A stretch of 64,000 bases of DNA from Dictyostelium discoideum. Its lineage: Eukaryota. Positions 1-11,515 of the stretch are shown here, piece after piece; within the stretch, counting starts at the first letter, position 1; every line of letters begins with the position of its first letter. A program made the translations under genes and the position numbers. The stretch spans positions 1,120,001 through 1,184,000 of the forward strand of contig CM000151.3 of NCBI GenBank assembly GCA_000004695.1, in the 5' to 3' direction. The notes under the pieces were generated by a model. The model ran no database searches, was not told the origin of the DNA, and saw only the letters and a list, made by a program, of their open reading frames with translations.

Positions 1-1
1 A

Positions 2-64
2 CCACTAACTGAAAAGTCTGAAACAAATGATAATGATAATAATAATAATAATAATAATATTATA

Positions 65-112
<48 letters not shown>

Positions 113-276
113 GATAATAAAAGCGATAATAATAATAATAATAATAATAATATTATAAATAATTATAATAATGAAAAAGATATCATTAATAATCAAGAAA
201 ATATTAATATAGAAACAAATAATAATAATAAACCTTATACTAATAATACTAATAATACTAATAATACTAATAATAC

Positions 277-356
<80 letters not shown>

Positions 357-2212
357 TTAATAATCAACAAAAGAGTACATTTAAGTCATCATTATCTTCA
401 TTCTTAACAAGTTATTATACTAGCTCAACAAATAATAATAATAGTGATAGTAATAATAATAATAATAATAATACAAATAATACAAATAATAATAAAACAA
501 CATATTTTGGACACGTTAGGAATTCAATATCATATGTCACTAGTAGTTTACCAGGAATACCATCATATAGTTCATTACCTTCATTTAACATTCCATTAAT
601 ATCATATATTTCAAATTCAATACCCTTCCCAATAAATTATTCAAGATCTTCAAATTTAACTAATAATAATAATAATAATAATACTACAACAACAACATCA
701 TCATCATCGTCATCATCACAACCAATACCAATAAAGAGTAATGATAAACAACAACAACAACAACAACAGCAACAACAATTAAATAATCCAATAGCACCAA
801 TAAATATGTCACCAAATTCATTTAATAGTATATCAATTGAAAGTAATAGATTGGTGATTAGTAATAGTTTAGGAACAGAGGAACAATTTCAAGATATTAT
901 ACGTAGATTAGAACAATCAAATTATAAATTACATTTGATTTCGTTAGATACATTCATTGAGAATATAAAGAATGATTTAACTCTATCAATAGATGATATA
1001 AGCTCTTCAGTTCAGTCCTATATTGCAACTACTTTACCAATATTAATGCATGTTTGTGCTTCAATTCCATTTCAAACCAATGAAGGTGCAATCAATATGA
1101 TCGAATCAAAGTCATCATCATCATCACCACTACCACCACCACTTCAAACTTTAATGGGCAAATCAATTAATGAAATCGAGATTATCATTTATGAATTTAT
1201 GGAACAATATATAGCTAGTAGATTATATCGTAGAATATTCTCATCTCAAGAGGCTATTCAAAAAGATACATTATTATGTGAACATATTTCAAGATTTCAA
1301 CATATTACACCCTCAAATTTAGATATCAATGATTCAATCATTTCAACACAATTCCTCGAACAAATTCAAGAGGAACTCTTATACATTTCAATCTTCAAAT
1401 CTCCACGTGAAAAATTAATGTGTATTAAAAAAAGTTTTAAATTATTATTTCAATTACTTTCAAAAACTCAATTACCAAGTGTTGTTGGTGCTGATTTATT
1501 ATTACCAATAGTAATTTTTGTATGTATTTTTTTTTTTTTTTTTTTTTATTTTTTTTTTTTTTATTTTTTTTTTTTTTGATCACTAAAATATCTAATTATT
1601 AATTTTTTTATTTTTTTTTTTTTCATTTAATTTTTAAAGTGTTTAATAAAATCAAATTTACCATTTCTCTGGTCAAATTTACAATTTATATCATTATTTA
1701 GAGATCCAACATTAATCGAGAGTGAAACAAATTATTTTTTAGTTACAATGATAACTGCAGCATCTTTCATTGAAAATATGACATTTGAATCTTTAACTGA
1801 TGCAGTCGATCCAAATGCACCACCAAAATCATCAGATGATAATATTATAATTGAATCAAATAATATAGAAATCAATAAAGAGAAAATTGAAGAACAAAAA
1901 GAAAATAATAATAATAATAATAATAATAATACATTAGAACCAATTATTATAGATACTTTACAACAACATGAATCAAATAAATTGGTTTCAGATAAAGAAA
2001 TTGTTAATGAAAATGAAAGAGAAATAAAAAATAGTGCCTCTAGTAACGATAATGATAAAATGAAAATAGTGACCAACAATGCAACAGAAGAAGAAAAAAA
2101 AAAATTATTCAAATTTTATAATTCTAAACCTGAAGAATTATCTGTCAAAGAAATTAAACAGCTTTTAAATGAATATAATTCTCTAGTTGATAAATACTTT
2201 GAAACTAAATAA
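2..2212 (+). CDS. VPS9-domain protein (Rab5-family GEF-like), 5' end lies outside the window; exons <2..1519 and 1640..2212
   Basis: Frame 2 is open from nt 2 through 1519 (N/S/Q-rich low complexity followed by a structured region). The VPS9 signature 'GADLLLPIVIFV' sits immediately before a GTATGT donor at 1520. The acceptor is tttttaaAG ending at 1639. The downstream exon continues the VPS9 consensus ('CLIKSNLPFLWSNLQFISLFRDPTLIESETNYFLVTMITAASFIENM', compare Rabex-5 'VLIKANPP..QSNLLYIQRYR...YYLTNL..A.SFIE'). The intron is 120 nt and preserves frame. Stop TAA at 2210-2212. Confidence 0.7.
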
Positions 2213-2728
2213 TTATTTCATTAATGTAACCACACAATAAATTTTAATAATAATAATAATAATCCCATAAAAAAACAAAAGCGCATTGCCATTCTTCAAC
2301 TTAAATTTAATAATTTACAAACCAAAACTTTTAATCAAAAAACAACACAAAATTTTACTAGAAAATAAAAAGAAAATTTTATTATTGGGGGGAACCCACC
2401 CACTTGTATTTTAGAATTTATTTACTTTTACTTTTTTAATTTATTGTTTTTTTTTTTTTTTTTTTTTTGTGGAAAATTGTGAAAAATATAAAAAAAAAGA
2501 AAGAATATATATCAAATGACCCAACCAAAGATTCAACATTGGTTATTTTTTTTTTTATTTTTTTAATTTCATTTTTTTTCTATTACAAAATGAAAAAATA
2601 AAATTGTAAATTTATCATATTATTTTTAGTTCTATTAATCTTTAAAATTATAATTATATCTTTTAAAAGATATTTTTATTTTCTATTTTTTTTTTTTTTA
2701 TTTTCTAAAGTTTTTCTTTTTTTTTTCT

Positions 2729-2759
<31 letters not shown>

Positions 2760-2813
2760 CACACCACATAAAGTTCAACTTTTGATAATTATTTGAATAG
2801 TACTTCTATTAAA

Positions 2814-3518
2814 ATGTCATATGATTATGATTATATAGTTAAAATTTTAATGATAGGAGATGGGAGTGTTGGGAAAACTTCAACAGTAAGGAGATTTGTT
2901 GATGACGACTTTAAAAAAGAAGAAATTCCAAAAGAAGAGTTTATGATAAAATATATGGAAATTGGTGACTTTGGAGAGAATGAAAATAATAATAATAATA
3001 AAAATAATAAAAATAATAATTATGGTAAAAGAGCAAAATTAATAATAAAAGAAGAAAGATTAGAAAAATATAGAATTGGTAGAAATGAATTTATAAGTTC
3101 AGATGGTTTTTTATTGTTTTTTGATGTAACTGATCGTTCATCATATATAAATTTATCAAATTGGATTGAAGAAATAAAATATAGAACTAGAAGAATCAAT
3201 AATGATGAATTACCACCAATAGTAATAGTAGGAAATAAAATTGATAAAGATGAATACTCAATTATGGTATCCCATGAAGAAGTTAAAGATTTTTGTGATA
3301 CAAGATCAATACCATTTATTTTTATCTCTGCAAAGTTTAATGAAAATGTTGAATTATCATTCACAACTCTCCAAAATTTAATCTTAAAAGAAAAATATTT
3401 TCCAAATGAATTATCGACACCATCATCCTCTTCCTCTTCATTATCTATTAACCTAAATGATGTTAAAACAAATAATAATAATAATAATAATAATAAAGAC
3501 AAATGTAACATAATGTAA
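2814..3518 (+). CDS. Atypical Ras/Rab-like small GTPase with C-terminal CAAX box (CNIM); it has an internal N-rich insert and lacks the canonical DxxGQ G3 motif
   Basis: Single exon. The P-loop is 'KILMIGDGSVGKTS', the NKxD motif is 'GNKID', and 'SAK' is present. It ends '...KDKCNIM*'. The true ATG is at 2814, because the ORF-track start at 2793 is a TTG. The usual DTAGQE is replaced by 'FFDVTDRSSY'. Confidence 0.7.
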   Translation: MSYDYDYIVKILMIGDGSVGKTSTVRRFVDDDFKKEEIPKEEFMIKYMEIGDFGENENNNNNKNNKNNNYGKRAKLIIKEERLEKYRIGRNEFISSDGFLLFFDVTDRSSYINLSNWIEEIKYRTRRINNDELPPIVIVGNKIDKDEYSIMVSHEEVKDFCDTRSIPFIFISAKFNENVELSFTTLQNLILKEKYFPNELSTPSSSSSSLSINLNDVKTNNNNNNNNKDKCNIM

Positions 3519-3881
3519 TATATTAAAAAAACACAAGACATGACATATACAGAATTTTTTTTTTTATTAATTATTAATATTATTATTATTTTTATTATTA
3601 TTATTATTGTTTGAATTATTATTTGAATTAATTATTATTATTTTATGATTAAAGGATGAAAATTAATGGTAAGGAGTGTTTATTTAATGATATGTATTGA
3701 TTTTATGTTGTTATTTGAAGTTGAGAAAGATTTAAATTAAATAGTTTTTTTTTTATTAATTTGTTTTTTTTTTTCATTCTATTTTGGAAACGGATTACCG
3801 ATCATCATCATCATCTGGGTCAATTAAACATAGAATTTCTACTAATGGGAAACCACCTGAAATTGTTTTGGTACATCTGAA

Positions 3882-3882
<1 letters not shown>

Positions 3883-3963
<81 letters not shown>

Positions 3964-3966
3964 GAT
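3883..3966. repeat. (GTT)n microsatellite, about 28 units
   Basis: Perfect GTT tandem run in intergenic DNA. It generates the poly-V and poly-T pseudo-ORFs at 3784-3998. Confidence 0.9.
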
Positions 3967-4337
3967 TTTAAAACAATTATATAAGTAAATTTATACATTG
4001 CAATGTAAATGTGAAAAAAAGGAAAAAAAAAAGAAAAAGATCTAAACTTTATATAGAATTTAAAAATAAAATTAAAAATACTTACCCTATAATATTTGTG
4101 GCATTTCCAGTTGAATTTACAGCTGAACTAAAGTTAGCATATGAACCGAATGATGGAATTGATGATGAGGTGGATGAGGTTGAAGTGGAGGTTGATTTTT
4201 TATTAAAATATTGTGCAAATGATTCTGTTGAAGTTGTTGCTCGGAAATTAAAGCAAACACTTTTTTGTGATGCTTTCACTGCTTTTTGAGCAAATCTAAA
4301 TGATGTATTCATTATTTATCTTTTAGATTATGTTCTG

Positions 4338-4368
<31 letters not shown>

Positions 4369-4559
4369 TGATTCGTTCGTAAAAAAAAAAAAAAAAAAAA
4401 AACAAAAATAAAAAAAAAAATAAAAATAAAAAATAAAAATAATTTCACAACACAACCAAATAAAAAAAAAAAAAAACAAAAAGAATTTTAATTCTAATTT
4501 AACAATTTAATTTTAAAATATTAAATAAAATATTATTTCTTAATCAAAATAAATAAATG

Positions 4560-4593
<34 letters not shown>

Positions 4594-4619
4594 AAGAATT
4601 TTAAATTAAGAATACAATT

Positions 4620-7035
4620 TTATTTACCAAAATTAAAAATATTTTTAAAATTTTTTAATAATCCACCTTTACCACTATTGATATTATTTTTATCATAGTT
4701 TTTTAATAATAATTTACCAAAATCTAATAAATGACGAAATTGATCTTGACTGATATCAAATGAATTTAAAATTTTATATTGATCGTCATTTTTTGAATCA
4801 AATAAATTTTGAATAATTTTTTTATTATCAGGATGATGGGATAGATCAAATCTTGATATTAATTCATTTCCTTTGAGTTTACTTTTAATTAATGATAAAA
4901 GTTTAATTTGAAATAAAATTAAAAAACGATCAGATATTTTATCACCATCATCCAAAGAGGTTTCTGTTGTTGTTGTTATTGTTGTTGTTATTGTTGTTGT
5001 TTCAATTGGTGATTCATATTTAAAAGAATTGAAAAATTCTTTTAAATTTATAATGAATTCAATATATTGATTATCCCAAGATGATACAACTTCTTTTGAA
5101 ATTTGAATTAATAAATTATTGATATTACTTGAATAAGGATTAATATATGGTGGCCAAATTAAAACAATATCATTTGTTAATTCTGAAAGAAAATAAAATA
5201 ATAATTTTAAATTTGAAAATAATTGTATTGGAATATCATAAATGATTTTATATTGATTATTTAATTTTAAATTTAATTTATAAAGTTTACAATATTTTTT
5301 AATTGATTTAAAATCACCACCTTTTAAACAATTTAACATTAATCTACCTAATAAAATTGGATTTAAATTTTCAGATGATTTTTTTAAGCAATTAATAATT
5401 TCATTTGAGTCTTCTTCAGTTGAAATTGGGTCATAAAAATAATTTTCACAAAAGAATTGACTAATCATTTGAGGTAATTCAATAATTTCTGATTTCCATG
5501 AGAAATAAAGTCTTCTAATTTCTAAATTAATTGGTAATGAATTATCATTCAATTTAGAATATAATTTACTTAAAACAATCTCTGGTTCAATTTCGTTATG
5601 TCTAACTTGAATTGCTTTATTTAAAAGTGGTAATATTAAATTAAATAATAATGGATAACCATTTGGATTCTTATCAGTTGGTAATGATTTTGAAATTAAT
5701 ATAATATATAAATTATTTAAACCACCAATATTTGATGCTATTTTATCAGAATAATCTTGATTTTTAATTATAAATTCCACAATATTATCTTGACCCAATT
5801 CAATTGCACTTAATAATTTCTGAATTGTAAATCCAAACTTTTTCAAATAAATTGAAAAGAAATCTAATTGTTTATTCATAAATTTACATTTAAAATGATC
5901 TTTTGAAAGTAAATTTGATTGTAATAATATTAAATTATTTTCTGATAATAATACTTGATTATCTTCATCACCATCACCAACACTACCACTGAGATCTCTA
6001 ATACATCTATAAGTAAATGATATATCTTGATTTGTATTTAATGTAATATTAAGTTTTTTAAATCTTTCTATAACATAATCTGAATAATCTGCTCCATCAA
6101 TTATAGTTTTAGATTTACCAATGAATATTAAACTATTTTCAACTAAGCATTTAAATAATGGAAGCATTACATCATTATTATTAAATGAGTTAATATTAAT
6201 ATCAAGTTTTAAAATTTTATTTGATTCAATTAAAAATCCAAATATTTCTATTAATTCTGAATCTCCATTATATGATTTTCTATTATCAATGTTTAATTTT
6301 GATAAAATTAGTTTTAAAATCTCTAAATTATTCTTTTCAATAAGTTTATTAACTAATAATGAAATTTCACAAAGTTGATCACCTTTAAATACTTGATCAT
6401 CCATTAAATTTAAATATTCCCTATTAATTTGTTGATGTTGTTGAAATTGTTCTTCTGTTAACAATTTTTGTTGTTTTTGTTGTTGTTCAAAATCAATACT
6501 ATTAACATGTCTTGTAAGTTGTTCAATAATCATTGAATTTGAAAGTATAATTCTTTTTTTTGAATCTGAATTTTTAAATAAATAATTAAATAATTCTAAA
6601 GAGAGAGTAGGATTAATTAGATCCATCTCATCATTAAATTTATAATCATTTAATTCTTCATGATATGTGTAATATAGTTTTAATTTTATTGGTGATATAT
6701 TATTTAAATTTATTGATTGCGAAAATCTTTGTTGTAAATCTTTTAAAAAATCATCACCCAATAAGTAATTTAAAAATTCCATATTAATATCACCTTTATT
6801 TAATTTTAAAATTAATTGATTATAGTTTCTAATACTAAATAATTGATCAATTGATTTAATAACTGTTTTAATATAATTTTTAAAAATTTGTAAATCTAAT
6901 TCTTTCCATTCTAAAAATAAATTTAAATCAGATTCTTTATAAATTAAATAATATTTATAAAATTCATTATTATTATTATAATTATAATTATTATAATTAT
7001 AATTATTATAACCATTTTCATTTTGATTTTCATTT

Positions 7036-7086
<51 letters not shown>

Positions 7087-7271
7087 TTTGAATGATAATT
7101 TAATTTTTCTATTAATAGTTGTTGGTTTCTTGTTTTTATAATTAATTCAATTGGTACATCATAAAAATTATATCTTATATATTTCAAATTTTTATTATGT
7201 AATTTTATAAATTTGAAGATTTTTTCTCTCAAATATTTGTTTCTGTAAATAGTTAAGAATAAATCCTCCAT
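4620..7271 (-). CDS. Hypothetical 883-aa protein; N-terminus carries the same 'FxxxxRNKYLRxKIF' motif that heads the FNIP-repeat proteins (F-box-like), followed by no FNIP repeats
   Basis: Uninterrupted ORF starting ATG 7271 (MEDLFLTIYRNKYLREKIFKFIKLH...) and ending TAA at 4620. Codon usage is typical of dictyostelid coding DNA. It contains poly-N and (NNY)n tracts. I recognise no named domain. Confidence 0.6.
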
Positions 7272-7657
7272 TTTTATTTTTATTTTTTTTTTTTTATATA
7301 TTTATATATTTTGATATATCAGTAACAAAAAACAAATAAAAAATTAGCGAATATCAAATATGTTTAGTTTTTTTTTTTTTTTGGCTTTTTTTTTTTTTTT
7401 GGTTTTTATTTTTTATTTTTTTTCTTAGAGTTGATTTGATTTGTTTTTTTATTTTTTTTTTTTTTTAATGTGGTTTGCCTATTTTTCAAAATTTTTTTTG
7501 AACAAATCAAAATGATTTTCGCAATAATAATAAAAAAATTAAAAAAAAAATCTTTTTTTTTTTTTATTTTTTGTGCACCTCACTCAAAAAACCCAAAAAA
7601 CCCCAACTGATAGTTTAAAGCTGGAAAAAAAAAAAAAAAATTTTATTTTATTTATTT

Positions 7658-8173
7658 TTATAATACAAAAGATTCGGCTTGGTTTTTTGATTGTTCATGA
7701 GTGTATTCATTTATAAAGTCATTAAAATTATCTTGTTCATTTTCTCTATCATATGAATTATTATTATCATTAAAATCATCATATACATCCTCACTACTAA
7801 AGTTATCTTCTATTGGAATTAGATAAGAGCAACCATAACATTGAATTTCTCTTGCTGGACATTGACAAAAGCAAATTTCAACACTTTTTCTATATTGTTT
7901 TTTATTTTCAACTTCACATAAATTATTATATTTATCATCATAATTTTCTTCAGTTTTTTTTTTTTCTTCTTCAATATAATTTTGTTGTAGTTGCTGTTGG
8001 AGATTTATTAATAATTGCATTTGATTTTGATAAAGATATGCATTTATTTGTTTCACTTCTTTTGATAACATATATGAACATTCACCACAATTCTTTTCAA
8101 TAGCTTTCAAAGAACAAAAACAAATAGTTGGGTTTTCACTATTACTATTCATACTACTATTTTGCGTAGTCAT
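7658..8173 (-). CDS. Small Cys-rich acidic protein (171 aa) with a duplicated C-F-C...C-x2-C-S-Y motif (putative zinc-ribbon-like)
   Basis: Single ORF 'MTTQNSSMNSNSENPTICFCSLKAIEKNCGECSYM...SVEICFCQCPAREIQCYGCSYLIP...' with two copies of CFCx(5-7)CxxCSY separated by a Q-rich coiled-coil-like linker. Confidence 0.5.
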   Translation of the reverse strand: MTTQNSSMNSNSENPTICFCSLKAIEKNCGECSYMLSKEVKQINAYLYQNQMQLLINLQQQLQQNYIEEEKKKTEENYDDKYNNLCEVENKKQYRKSVEICFCQCPAREIQCYGCSYLIPIEDNFSSEDVYDDFNDNNNSYDRENEQDNFNDFINEYTHEQSKNQAESFVL

Positions 8174-8207
8174 TATTTATTTTTATTTTTTTTAATTATT
8201 ATTTTAA

Positions 8208-8249
<42 letters not shown>

Positions 8250-8554
8250 TTAATTTTAATTTTTAATATAAGTAGCACTATTAATAATTGTAAATATTAT
8301 TTTTTTTTTTTTTTATTTTCAAACTTTTTTTTTTCTAAACAAAAAATAAATAATAATAATAATAATATAATAATTAAATAAAATAATTTCTCTTTTTTTG
8401 GATGTGTCTATATAAATAATCGGGCTGCTTCTGTGTATGCCAAACAAAAAAATGTGGTACGTATCTAATTATGTAACTGATTATATTTATAAAATTCAAA
8501 TCTACATAGTGTTCAATCACATCTGTGATCATGTACATCCTAATTTTACTAATA

Positions 8555-8585
<31 letters not shown>

Positions 8586-8875
8586 TTTATTTTTAAAAAA
8601 AACCACCACTAAAATCTTGTATTGATCTCAAATTCTAATAACCCCATCAAAATTAATAAAAAAGAAAAATATGTGATGACCCTTCTATCTCAATTTAATT
8701 CTATGGTATGATTTAATTTTAATATTAAAAATTGAGGGTAGTAAATATTATTTAAAAATGAAATTAGTTTTAAAAAAGTAATAAAAATAATAAAAAAATA
8801 AAAAATAATAAAAAAAGATAATTATTTTTTTTTTTTTTTTTTTTTTTTTTTAAGTTGTTACCAAGAGTAATTACC

Positions 8876-8915
8876 ATCATTTTTATTTTTATTTTTATTT
8901 TTATTTTTATTTTTA

Positions 8916-8946
<31 letters not shown>

Positions 8947-8970
8947 TTTATTTTTATTTTATTTTTATTT
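8876..8970. repeat. (TTTTTA)n microsatellite, about 16 units
   Basis: Perfect hexamer tandem array in intergenic DNA. Confidence 0.9.
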
Positions 8971-9143
8971 TTACTTTATTTTTTTTTAAAATAAATGAAA
9001 TAATTAAAATAAAGTAATAATGATAATAAATATATTTTTTTTTTTTAATTACCAGTTCTTAATAATAAATATAATTTAAAAAAAAAAAAAAAAATATATT
9101 AATAAAAATTGATTTAGTTAAATTTACAATTTTAAAATTTTTA

Positions 9144-10032
9144 TTAGAAAATTATCTTTTTTCTATAAAATAAACGTGGGCAACTTGATTTACACTCCAT
9201 TGAAGAAGCACAACCAGACCATATATATTGATTTGTAGAATCTCCGTTAGTTGTAACAATTCCAATAGACAAAAATACATTTATAATATTATAAATACTA
9301 TTTATAACAGTATATTTTTGTTCATAATTTTCTTGATTATTTTTAATGAAAAAATTTTCACAAATTTGTTCTAATGAAAGGAAATCCTAATTTTTTTTTT
9401 TTTAAAAAAAAAAATAATAAATTAGAAAATGTTTAAAAAAAAAAAAAAAAAAAAATCAATGTTTATATAAAAAAAAAAAAATATTTACCGTATTTGATCT
9501 TAGTTTTGGTGATAATAATAATTTTAATATTTGACAAGAAATTGCACAAAGTTGAGTCTTTTTTGGGAAATTAAATTGATCAATTTGAAGTTGAGATTGG
9601 AATTTTTTATTCAAAAAGAAAAACTCTTCACATTTTTGGCAAGCAAATTCATTTTTATCCTCTACAACGAAATTGGAAGCAGAATGAAAAATATTAAAAA
9701 TTAATTTTTTGAATTGATCACTACTGGTGCCATTCCAAAGGTAGTAGTCAGTAGTACCAATTTTTGAAACCACTTGAATACCTTCTAAGATATCAATAAC
9801 ATTTGATATGGTTGCAGTATTACCTTGAATTTCTTTATATAATTTATGAATTTGAAATTGTTTTTCATTACAATTAAAATGCTTTTTTAATAATTTTGTT
9901 ATATGTATTATTTCATTCATATTTGATTCTTTAAATTGATTTGAATTATTTACAAGTTTTGGTTTTTTATAAAATCTTTGTGGTTGTTCTTGTTGGTGTT
10001 GGTTTTGATGTTGGTTTTGGTTTTGGTGTAGG

Positions 10033-10072
<40 letters not shown>

Positions 10073-10760
10073 GAATTTGATGGGGTTCATCATTTTCAAC
10101 AACTCTTTTTTTACTTTTTTCATTAACATCATTATGAAGCAAATGTTTTGGTATTGGGAATGGTTTTTGAATTTCAACTGGTTCACCACAGAGTTCTTTT
10201 ATACGTCTTTGAATTTCATAAGCATAAAAATCTTCTAAATTATGTAAATGTTGGATATCTTCCTCCGGTGTTGGTTCAAACATTAAGTTATCAATTGGTT
10301 TTTGATTATAATAAATTTCAAGTTGGTCAATAATTTTATTTGATATATCATCAAGAGGTGTGGATTTATTTTTATTATATTTATAACAATATGGATTTTT
10401 AATATTTTGTTGTAGTTGTGGTTGTTGTTCTTGTTGTTGTTGTTTTTGTTGTTGTTGTTTTTGTTGTTGGATGTTATTATTATTAGGTTTTTGTTTTTGT
10501 TGTGATTTTTTTTGTTTTTTTTCTTTTTTATTTTCTTTTTTTTCAAGTTTATTTTCAATATCAGTAGGTGGTTGGAAATATTTTTTTTTTAAGCCACCTT
10601 CATTACAATTTTCACTGTTTTGTGAAAAAATAAAAAAACTATTATTTTTACATCCAATTTCAAAATTGGAGTTCTCATAGTCATTGGTGGTATTATTATT
10701 ATTAATATTATTAATATTATTATTATTATTATTATTATTTAAAATAAAAGTAATATCCAT
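9144..10760 (-). CDS. E2F/DP-family winged-helix-like protein; exons 10760..9489 and 9386..9144
   Basis: Exon 1 ORF starts at ATG 10760. It contains 'HITKLLKKHF...TATISNVIDILEGIQVVSKIGTTDYYLWNG', which aligns with the E2F DNA-binding domain 'LTKKFIELL...[29 protein letters not shown]'. A GTAAAT donor follows codon ACG (coordinate 9489). The acceptor is tttttAG at 9388-9387. Exon 2 is an 81-codon open frame ending TAA at 9146-9144. Intron is 102 nt. The protein has poly-N and poly-Q tracts. Confidence 0.5.
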
Positions 10761-10815
10761 TTTATAAAAAAAAATTATTTATTTATATATTTATTTTTAT
10801 ATTAAATTAAACAAA

Positions 10816-10853
<38 letters not shown>

Positions 10854-11276
10854 ATAGCTATAATTTATTAATTTTAATTTTTAATCTATTTTTTTTTTTT
10901 TTATTTATTTTTTTTTTTTATTGTTATAGTGTTTTTATATCTTGAAAAAAAAAAAATAAATAAATAAAAAAAAAAACAAATTAAAATTAAAATAAATAAT
11001 AATAAAAAAAATTGATTTAATGTCGAAATGTCCTTTCATTTTTTAAAAGTTCAAAAAACAAAAAGCATATTACTTTATATTAAATAGGAAATGTAGCGTC
11101 TCTTGATTTAAATCATTTTGTTGTAATTTTATCATTAAAATATTTTAATGATAGAAAATCATTATAATTCAACATAATGATATATAGCATTTTGTATGAC
11201 ACCACTTACAAAAATTAACAAACTTGACCATAACCACCCTTTTTTTAGTTGCGTGGTAAAAATTATTATTTTGTAG

Positions 11277-11311
<35 letters not shown>

Positions 11312-11373
11312 AATGAGATTCTATTTTTAAATTACCACCAAAAAAAATAATAATAATAATAATAATTATAATA

Positions 11374-11420
11374 CTCACACACACACACACCAAAAAAACA
11401 AGCACAACAAGCCCCAAACA
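11374..11420. promoter_or_regulatory. CA-rich island (ctcacacacacacacacc...caagcacaacaagcccc), a candidate G-box/CAE-type promoter element
   Basis: A CA-rich island inside a ~1.5-kb intergenic region that is otherwise >85% A+T, about 630 bp upstream of the E2F-like gene start (minus strand). Dictyostelid late-gene promoters use GT/CA-rich G-box elements. Confidence 0.3.
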
Positions 11421-11483
11421 ATTATTATAATAATAATTACAATTTTTTAATAAAAATAAACATTTATTGATAATAGCATTTGG

Positions 11484-11515
<32 letters not shown>

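Noticed and set aside
5-370. Minus-strand 121-aa ORF made of poly-Ile
   Set aside because: It is the antisense of the (AAT)n poly-Asn coding tract of the VPS9 gene, which is open in + frame 2 from nt 2. Pure trinucleotide-repeat artefact.
8876-8970. Regularly spaced short repeats that might be a CRISPR array
   Set aside because: The unit is 6 nt (TTTTTA) with no spacers. It is a microsatellite in a eukaryotic genome. The same reasoning applies to (TA)n 57694-58101 and (AAAT)n 47535-47633.
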